Source: a virus
Taxonomy: Duplodnaviria > Caudoviricetes
IMG/VR virus record: IMGVR_UViG_3300010362_000033
Span: 1 to 45,355 of that record
Strand: one strand, 5' to 3'
Length of the DNA stretch: 45,355 nucleotides
Of this stretch, positions 1-6,698 are shown piece after piece. The first letter of the stretch is position 1. Each line of letters opens with the position of its first letter. The translations under genes and the position numbers were made by a program. The notes below the pieces were generated by a model. The model did not search any database. It worked only from the letters and a program-made list of their open reading frames with translations, and was not told the DNA's origin.

Positions 1-1
1 G

Positions 2-334
2 AAGCGCATCGGCTATCTGCGGCACATCACGCAGTACTACCTGCGGCACTCGTTCGGCACGCTGTACTACGAACAAACCCGCGACTCGGCGGCGACCTGT
101 CGCGTCATGGGTCTCGCCGAAGGGTCACCCGTCGTGGCGCGGTATACGCGTGGCGCCCATGCTGCGGTCGATGCCGCCGGCCTGAAAGCCTTCGACGCAG
201 CGGTCGACGACGCCATGCACAACGCGCTCGTGCTGTCGCCGACCCCGAAGCCGACGCGCGGTCAGAAAGCCGCGACCCGCAAAGCCGCTGCACAGCCGGC
301 GACGCCAGCCGCGAAGCTCCGTCGCGTCAAGTAA
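2..334 (+). CDS. int: Tyrosine integrase, C-terminal fragment (5' truncated by window edge)
   Basis: Frame +2 from base 2 reads KRIGYLRHITQYYLRHSFGTLYYEQTRDSAATCRVMGLAEGSPVVARYTRG. This matches box II of tyrosine recombinases (xxLRHS...LG...T.RY, catalytic Tyr). It lies next to a tRNA-derived att site. Confidence 0.85.
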   Translation, partial: KRIGYLRHITQYYLRHSFGTLYYEQTRDSAATCRVMGLAEGSPVVARYTRGAHAAVDAAGLKAFDAAVDDAMHNALVLSPTPKPTRGQKAATRKAAAQPATPAAKLRRVK

Positions 335-361
335 CCCCCACACCAGACCCCCCACACCCCG

Positions 362-395
362 ACGAGCTGTCGCGCCCCCGGCGGCAGCTCGTTTT
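362..395 (+). terminator. Rho-independent terminator after integrase
   Basis: ACGAGCTGTCGC...GCGGCAGCTCGT stem followed by a T run, ~30 nt after the integrase stop. Confidence 0.65.
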
Positions 396-411
396 CGACC
401 CGCAAACCGTG

Positions 412-442
412 CCCCAAAGTTGACCCAAAATTTGACCCAAAA
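412..442. repeat. Putative integrase arm-type binding repeats
   Basis: CCCCAAAG-TTGACCCAAAA-TTTGACCCAAAA tandem. Related copies TGAACCAAAA and GACCCAAAAG occur at ~653-677 on the other side of the att core. Confidence 0.55.
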
Positions 443-557
443 TCGGCACTTTTAGTGACACTTTCTGACATCAAGTGAGACGATCCGCCGACGCGGTCGA
501 GACCCCGAGATCGCGCGAATTCGGCCTGATTTTATTGGTTTTTCTAGCGTTTTTGGA

Positions 558-601
558 TGGCGTCCCCACCGGGATTCGAACCCGGGTTTTGGCCTTGAAA
601 G
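558..601 (-). mobile_element. att core (attP-like) = 3' half of tRNA-Glu(TTC)
   Basis: Minus strand CTTTCAA-GGCCA-AAAC-CCGGG-TTCGAAT-CCCGG-TGGGGAC-G-CCA gives the anticodon loop, T-arm, 3' acceptor strand and CCA. The 5' half (D-arm, 5' acceptor, 5' anticodon stem) is absent. Confidence 0.85.
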
Positions 602-893
602 AGTGACGACCCTGCCAACTAACGTTCATACTTCGCAACGAGTTACAGCATTTGAACCAAAACGGCGACCCAAAAGATGTACCGGTTTTGGTACCGTTGG
701 TGACATCGGCTGGCATCGACTGGCATCGGGTGAGACGACGGGTCGAGCGCCGCGACCGGCGTCACGGCAACAGGTACAAACCGTCCCAGATGCCGCACGC
801 GCGGCTGCAGGCTGGCGCAGGAATGACGAGCCGACGGTCGACCGCACAATCGGTCGCCGCCGGCTCGCGTCGTTTGTAGGGGCTGCTAGCGGG

Positions 894-1100
894 TCACCCG
901 TAGAGCACGCCGCGCGACGTCAGCTCACGGTCAATCAGTTCGAGCCGCAGGACGCAGAACGCGACGCACGCCGAGTCGCCGCGCTGCTGCGCGTCTTCGG
1001 CGTCGATCTGGAAGGCATGCCGCAGCGCGAGCAGTGACTCGGTCGACATGACGGAATAGAGCGCCCTGACTTCAGCTTCGCGACTGACCGGATTCGTCAT
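894..1100 (-). CDS. Small hypothetical protein (MTNPVSREAEV...)
   Basis: ATG directly after the stop of the upstream gene; helical 68-aa ORF. Confidence 0.5.
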   Translation of the reverse strand: MTNPVSREAEVRALYSVMSTESLLALRHAFQIDAEDAQQRGDSACVAFCVLRLELIDRELTSRGVLYG

Positions 1101-1104
1101 GGGG

Positions 1105-2586
1105 TCACAGCGTACCAACCAGCACGTACGACCACAAGCCAGACACCGTGAGCGTGCCGCCGGCCTGCAGCGAAGCGTGCGCGTGTACGGTCCCTTCGGC
1201 GACATTGATGACATCGAACGTGCACGGTCGACGTGCACGCAACGTCAGCGGCCCATCAGCAGCAATCGCAATCTCAGTGAACTGACCGTTGCCAATCGCC
1301 CCATAGAGCTTGTTGACGTTGCCTGCAGGGGTGTCGACGGGATGATTCGTGTTGAACGCTGACCACGTCGGCACATCGGCTGGCAGTCGCGCGCCGGCAT
1401 TTCTGACCGCGCGCATCATCGCTTCCATGTTCGGCACTTCCCACAGGTTCGCGTATCGAAAGCCGCTGCCGTACGGGTACGTGCGCCCGAAGACGCCTGA
1501 TCCGGTATGGAAGCAGAACGCCCCAGCGCCGCAGATGATCGCGCCGGCGCGCAGACACGCGAGCACGAAGGGATCTTTCTGCTCTTGCACGCTCGAAGCC
1601 GGTCCCGGCGGTTCGTTGTCGACTGACGCGAACGGGCTGAAGAGATGAAAATCCCAGCATTGACGCACTTGTCGCGCGTTGTCGCCTGAACGCTCGGTGT
1701 GCAAATAGCGCGCATTCGCGTTCGAGACGTTGCTCGATGCTTGAATCGCGTCGATGCCTTGATCGCCGAGTCCTGTGCCGCACGGCAAGCCGAACGGCGC
1801 GAAGAGCCGCGCGATCTCGGTCGCTTCAGCCGCACTCGCGTTGCCTTCGTTGACGGCTTCGAGCATGACCAGCTTATGCAGACGCGACGCGACGACGTCG
1901 CGCATCTTGCGCGCATCACTGACCGGATCAGGTGAGCCGCCACCGATAGCCGTGAGCTGTACACGTAGCCCGAACTCGTCATAGGCGCAGTCGATGAATG
2001 AGCCGAGCGTGTCGGCGTAGTCAGGCCAGCGCGGATCGATCTCTTCTCCCGGCCATGCGACCTGACCGAGTACGCGCACGTAGTCGTACCCCTGCTGCTT
2101 GATGAACGACAGGTTCTGCTTGACGCGATCTCGGTCATGACGATGCCAGCCGCCGACCGCCCAGAACAACGTCGTACCGAGCGGCAAGCATGCGCCGCTG
2201 TCGTCGTGCCACAGCTTCCCGCTGACGCGCATGACGCCTGCGCGCGCTGGTGGTGCTTCCGGCTGCAGTTCGACATTGATGTCGGCAGCGAGTGTGATCT
2301 CGTCGAGTAGCGGCTCGCAGTCATCGCCTTCGATCTTGATGCTCGCGCGTGACCCGTACTCGACTCCCGGCGGTAGCCAGAATTCGAGCATGTAGTACGA
2401 GATGGGTCGTCCGACGACGGTCCAGTCGTTCGTACCCATCTCGCCGCGAATGTGTTCGGGGATCGTGCCGTCGGTCTTGCGCACGACCATGTGCACATAC
2501 AGCGACGGTGTCTTCGGAATGTCGGTCGGTTCCGTCGGTAACGGTTTCCACGGTGGCCACCAGCGACGAACGTCATCCCAGCGCAT
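1105..2586 (-). CDS. Putative glycoside hydrolase-like TIM-barrel protein
   Basis: GTTLFW...VKQNLSFIKQQGYDYVRVLG, MLEAVNEG (NE acid/base-like) and SVDNEP recall clan GH-A barrels. It is the last large gene of the late operon. Confidence 0.5.
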   Translation of the reverse strand: MRWDDVRRWWPPWKPLPTEPTDIPKTPSLYVHMVVRKTDGTIPEHIRGEMGTNDWTVVGRPISYYMLEFWLPPGVEYGSRASIKIEGDDCEPLLDEITLAADINVELQPEAPPARAGVMRVSGKLWHDDSGACLPLGTTLFWAVGGWHRHDRDRVKQNLSFIKQQGYDYVRVLGQVAWPGEEIDPRWPDYADTLGSFIDCAYDEFGLRVQLTAIGGGSPDPVSDARKMRDVVASRLHKLVMLEAVNEGNASAAEATEIARLFAPFGLPCGTGLGDQGIDAIQASSNVSNANARYLHTERSGDNARQVRQCWDFHLFSPFASVDNEPPGPASSVQEQKDPFVLACLRAGAIICGAGAFCFHTGSGVFGRTYPYGSGFRYANLWEVPNMEAMMRAVRNAGARLPADVPTWSAFNTNHPVDTPAGNVNKLYGAIGNGQFTEIAIAADGPLTLRARRPCTFDVINVAEGTVHAHASLQAGGTLTVSGLWSYVLVGTL

Positions 2587-2709
2587 AGCAGGTTCCCTTC
2601 TGCGTTGCGCTGTGTGCTCATGACAGCAGCTCGATGAAGCAGGTCGTCAACACCGCGAGCCACGGTGCTGTCAGGCGTCCCCTAAGGCGACCTGCAGATG
2701 CGACGTGAT

Positions 2710-3222
2710 TTACGTCGGTGTCGCGTAGGTCATCGTGAAAAACAGCTGCACGGTGCCGCCGGTCGGAATGTCACCGACCCCGATAACCGCCGGCACTTGC
2801 CCCGAGCCGGACCCGTTGACGTACATGGATGTGCCCGACGCTTGCACCATGACCGTCATGTGCGTGTAGTTCGCTTTCGTGATGCCACGCCAGATCGCGC
2901 CGCCCCCGGCGACGTCGTTCGTCGACAGTGCCGGAAACGGCAAGCCGGTGATCCGCAAGCCGCCCGACGCGGTCGTGTGCGTGAAGGTCGATGTCAGAAT
3001 GTTGCCGTGACAGACGACGAGCTTCGAGAACTTTGCATACAGCCCGAAGCGTGTCGTATACGCGACGTTCAAATTGCCAGCGGTGTCGAACGTGAGTGAC
3101 GGCGTCCAATTGCCGTAGTCGCCGCCGTACAGATAGTTGAGGTTATCGCGTAGGTGCGTGTTGAGCATCGTTGCGGTGACGAGTTCCCCAGCGACCCACG
3201 TGCGCGGCGTCGTCCATGCCAT
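2710..3222 (-). CDS. Minor tail/tail-fibre protein
   Basis: N-terminal MAWTTPRTWVAGELVTATMLNTHLRDNLNYL motif typical of siphovirus minor tail proteins; beta-rich C-terminus with ITGLPF. Confidence 0.7.
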   Translation of the reverse strand: MAWTTPRTWVAGELVTATMLNTHLRDNLNYLYGGDYGNWTPSLTFDTAGNLNVAYTTRFGLYAKFSKLVVCHGNILTSTFTHTTASGGLRITGLPFPALSTNDVAGGGAIWRGITKANYTHMTVMVQASGTSMYVNGSGSGQVPAVIGVGDIPTGGTVQLFFTMTYATPT

Positions 3223-3223
3223 G

Positions 3224-3607
3224 TCACACCCCTACGTGATGCGCGACGTTCTCGCGCTGCAGCATCTCGACCGATTCACTCGGCCACCATGACTGGTTTT
3301 CTCGTTTCTGTCGTGCGAGCAGCAGCCGCTCAATCTCGTCGGCGTCGACCGGAAACTGCACCGCGTGATACTGCGCGCCGCACTCGATGCAGCACGCGAG
3401 CGCCCAGCCACGACGCACGAAGAGACCGGCGCCGCACTCGCAATCGACAATCCAGCGCCCATGATCGACACGCGCGACGCGCACGCTGTCGGAGATGTGG
3501 ACCTGCGCGACCTGCTTCGCTGCGAGCGCGCGCACTTGCCAGTCGCACAGCTCGACCGGCGAGCGCACACCGAGCGCCGTCGCATCAAGCAGTCGTGTGA
3601 ACATCAC
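3224..3607 (-). CDS. Cys-rich tail-region protein (putative Zn-binding)
   Basis: VDHGRWIVDCECG...CCIECG...ENQSWWPSE; coupled to both neighbours. Confidence 0.6.
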   Translation of the reverse strand: MMFTRLLDATALGVRSPVELCDWQVRALAAKQVAQVHISDSVRVARVDHGRWIVDCECGAGLFVRRGWALACCIECGAQYHAVQFPVDADEIERLLLARQKRENQSWWPSESVEMLQRENVAHHVGV

Positions 3608-4781
3608 TGCCCCGTCGAAGTTCGATGGACTGCGGCTCGTCGTAGGAATACACGAGCACTTGCCGCGCTGATGCCATGACGCGCGCTTCGAGTGTCGGCA
3701 CTTCGTCGAAGCGTCGCTGCGACACGAGAATGGTGTCGACGAGATCGCCGCCCCAGTCAGACAGCTCGCGCACGACGACCGGCGCCGCGCGATGCTTCGA
3801 GCCGTCGCGCTCGATGCCGGACACCGGCACGTGATACCGCGACGCCACGCGCGCCAGTAACAGCCCGTTGCCGCAGCCTAAGTCGAGCACCGCGCCTTGT
3901 GGCGGCGACGCGTCGAGCGCGCGCAGGATCTGCGCGTGCGCGCTGTGCATGGCGTCACGTGTGCTGAAACCGTTCTCAATCCACTGCCAGTCGCGCGCCG
4001 GCGCCGCTGCATCGACACTCGCGCGAAATGGCGCGAGACTCGTCAGCGGCACGAAGTTCGGTTTCAGGAAGGGAAACGTCAGACCGCTCGGGGCGTCGAC
4101 GGGGTATTGCGTGCCCATCAGCCGCACGTCACGTCGCTTCGCGGTGTAGTCGGTATTCGTGACGACCTTGACGACTGGCCAGATGACTTCCGCGATGCCG
4201 TGGAGCGCGCTGTATTGCACTGGCCACGACAGCAGCTCGCGGGTCCACTCGGCGCAGCTGTCCGGTAAGAGCGTTGCGTACTGCTGCGCGGCATACTCCG
4301 ATGCGACGCAGCCAAACGCGCACGGCAGATGCGGCACGAGCCGCACGCCGAGCCAGCGCCCGAGAATATTCGAGCCGAGCGGCGTCGCGCTGCGATGCAC
4401 CATTGCGAGCGTCGTGTCGCGCAGGCGTCGTTCATTCCAGACGCGGTCGAAAAACTGAATGCAGCATTCAGGAAAGCCGAGCAGCCGCCCGATGTGCGCA
4501 TCGTCGCGCGCGTGAAAGGCGTTCGCGAGATCAAGCCCGACCGCCGGTGTGCGCGTGATAGCGACGCGCGTCTTCGTGACGACGGTCATGCACAGCTGCA
4601 GCGTCTCGACCCGTTCGGCGAGCTGGGGTCTGTCGAAGACGAGCGCCGCGAGCCGCAGGTCAGCGGCGACGCTCGTCAGCTCGACGTCGAGCCATGCGGC
4701 TTGAATCGCATCGACGCGCGGCGCCCAGATCGCTTCGGCACGATCTGACGCCCATGCAATGCGTGTGAACTCAGCCGGCAT
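3585..4781 (-). CDS. DUF483-like Cys domain fused to class I SAM methyltransferase
   Basis: IGRLLGFPECCIQFF and LVPHLPCAFGC motifs; C-terminal VLDLGCGNG SAM-binding motif I. Confidence 0.75.
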   Translation of the reverse strand: MPAEFTRIAWASDRAEAIWAPRVDAIQAAWLDVELTSVAADLRLAALVFDRPQLAERVETLQLCMTVVTKTRVAITRTPAVGLDLANAFHARDDAHIGRLLGFPECCIQFFDRVWNERRLRDTTLAMVHRSATPLGSNILGRWLGVRLVPHLPCAFGCVASEYAAQQYATLLPDSCAEWTRELLSWPVQYSALHGIAEVIWPVVKVVTNTDYTAKRRDVRLMGTQYPVDAPSGLTFPFLKPNFVPLTSLAPFRASVDAAAPARDWQWIENGFSTRDAMHSAHAQILRALDASPPQGAVLDLGCGNGLLLARVASRYHVPVSGIERDGSKHRAAPVVVRELSDWGGDLVDTILVSQRRFDEVPTLEARVMASARQVLVYSYDEPQSIELRRGSDVHTTA

Positions 4782-6006
4782 CGTTGTGATCTCCGTGCAT
4801 GTGCGTCATCCCCTGATCCCCGTGCACGATGTACGCGCCGTCGCTGTGCTGAAAGCCGTCCGGTGCGTCCCAGTGATCCCCGTGCGGCTGCTCGTGCGGC
4901 GCGCTGTCGCGTAAGACGCGCTGTTCGAGTGCGTGCCGGCGCGCCGCGACGAGCGTCAGCGGCGTCTGCCCCAGCTTCACGAGTTCGTCTTCAAGCGTCT
5001 CGAAGAGTCGGTACCAGACGCGGCACTGCTCGCTGCGATTGCGCCAGTCGCCGTCGATGGCGGTACCGGGACACTGCCCCTTGCAGGCATAGAAGAAGCG
5101 ACAGCCCTGACAGCCCCCATCAGCCCACGGGGTTTCGTAGAGCGCGCGATAGCGCTCGACGCCGTGACTGCCGGCTTTGACCCAGTCGACGCCGTCTTTA
5201 TTCGTGCGACCGCAGTTCGCGCGGTTCCCGAGCCCGTTGACGCTGCGCACGGCTGGCGTCGTCAACGGGTCGCAGGCATTCCAGACACACGACCCCGGTG
5301 CGCCCGTCAGCAGCAGCTGCGCGAGATCGGTGAAGACATCGAAGCGCAGTACCTTGAGCTGCTGCTGCAGCTGATAGCACGCGAGAAAGGCGTTGACCTG
5401 CTCGTCGTCGCTGAGCGCCAGCTGCTGCCGTACCTCGTCGTGATCGACTTCGAGCGCATGCAGCCGCACGTGTGCGATACGATTCGCATCGAGTTCGCGC
5501 AGCCACACGAGCAAGCGCGGCAAGCGCTCGGCTGATGCGTTGCCCCGATGGAGCGTCACGATCAGCGACGGCACGTTCTGCGCATCGAGCAGCAGCGCGA
5601 TAGCGCGCATCGTCGCTGCCGTGGCTTCGCGCGTCTTGTCGAGTGTGCCAGCCCAGCGTGCATCGTTGAGTTCATCGGGTCCGTCGACCGAGATACCGAC
5701 GCTCGTGCGACAGCGCGCGAATAGCTCGACATGCGCCGGCGTGATGAGCGCGCCATTCGTTTGCACGCTGGTCGAGCCGTAGCGCGCGAAGCCCCACTGC
5801 AGAATGTCGACGAGATCGTCGAACTTCATCAGCAACGGTTCGCCGCCAAAGAGCGTGAAGGCGCCGCCTTCGCGCATCAGTCCCCGTTTCATCGCGTCAA
5901 GGTCATAGCCAGCGGAGTAATTGCCGGCATCGCGCAAGGGATGCTCGTAGCAGTACGGACACGCCAGCTGACACGCCACGCCGACCGGTGAGAGTTCAAT
6001 CGTCAA
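4771..6006 (-). CDS. Radical SAM/SPASM-domain enzyme
   Basis: CQLACPYC (CxxxCxxC), FGGEPLL, QTNG and ISVDGP; SPASM cysteines CQGCRFFYACKGQCPG...C. The TTG start overlaps the upstream TGA (TTGA). Confidence 0.93.
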   Translation of the reverse strand: MTIELSPVGVACQLACPYCYEHPLRDAGNYSAGYDLDAMKRGLMREGGAFTLFGGEPLLMKFDDLVDILQWGFARYGSTSVQTNGALITPAHVELFARCRTSVGISVDGPDELNDARWAGTLDKTREATAATMRAIALLLDAQNVPSLIVTLHRGNASAERLPRLLVWLRELDANRIAHVRLHALEVDHDEVRQQLALSDDEQVNAFLACYQLQQQLKVLRFDVFTDLAQLLLTGAPGSCVWNACDPLTTPAVRSVNGLGNRANCGRTNKDGVDWVKAGSHGVERYRALYETPWADGGCQGCRFFYACKGQCPGTAIDGDWRNRSEQCRVWYRLFETLEDELVKLGQTPLTLVAARRHALEQRVLRDSAPHEQPHGDHWDAPDGFQHSDGAYIVHGDQGMTHMHGDHNDAG

Positions 6007-6698
6007 TTTGCGTCTCCGTGCGGCGAGTCGCCGTGTTCCGCTGCCGCGACGTCATGGTGCGCGGTGTCGGTGTGTGCGGTGTTCTGCGCCGCCTGATCCC
6101 CGTGCGTGTTGTTGTCGGTGTGCGCGACGTCGGCGTGCGCACTGTCCACGTGTGCGCTGTCACCGTGTGTGTCGACGTGCGCCACGTCGCCGTGTGCCGT
6201 GCTCGTCGTGTCCGCGAAGTCTTCGTGCGTATTGTCGCCGTGCGCGACATTCACGAAGGCGACATTGATAAACGGCGTGTTATTCGAATAGCTGCCGCCG
6301 TCGAAGTGCTCATAGCCGTCGGTATGGTTGGGTACGTCGATGTGCGACGCGCCGTCGGTATGGTTGTAACTGGCGCCGAAGTCGCCATGCGCTTGATCCC
6401 CGTGTGACGTGTCGCCGTGCGCGGTGTCGGTGTGCGTGCGACCGCCCCCGGTGTCGTTGTGACCGCCCATCGAATCGTTGTGATCGTCGTGCCGCGAGCT
6501 ATCGACGTGCGCGGTGTCGGTGTGCGCCGTGTCACTGTGCGCCACGTCGCTATGTGCGGTATCGCCGTGTGCGGTGTCGGTGTGCGCGATGTCGCCGTGT
6601 GACGCGTCGAGATGCAGCGCGTCGCCGTGCGGCACGTCCCCGTGCGCGACGTCGTCGTGCGAGACCGGCGCGCTGTCCTGATGCGCGATGTCAATGTG
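6003..6698 (-). repeat. His-x-Asp coding repeat (~37 copies, mostly 5-residue spacing)
   Basis: HGDVAHVDTHGDSAHVDSAHADVAHTD... counted by eye in the translation. Confidence 0.95.

Noticed and set aside
558-632. Complete tRNA-Glu gene
   Set aside because: The sequence 5' of the anticodon loop cannot pair with the anticodon or acceptor stems; only the 3' half is present, consistent with an att core.
6003-6698. Diversity-generating retroelement target in the tail repeat
   Set aside because: No reverse transcriptase and no template/variable repeat pair differing at adenines is visible in the window.
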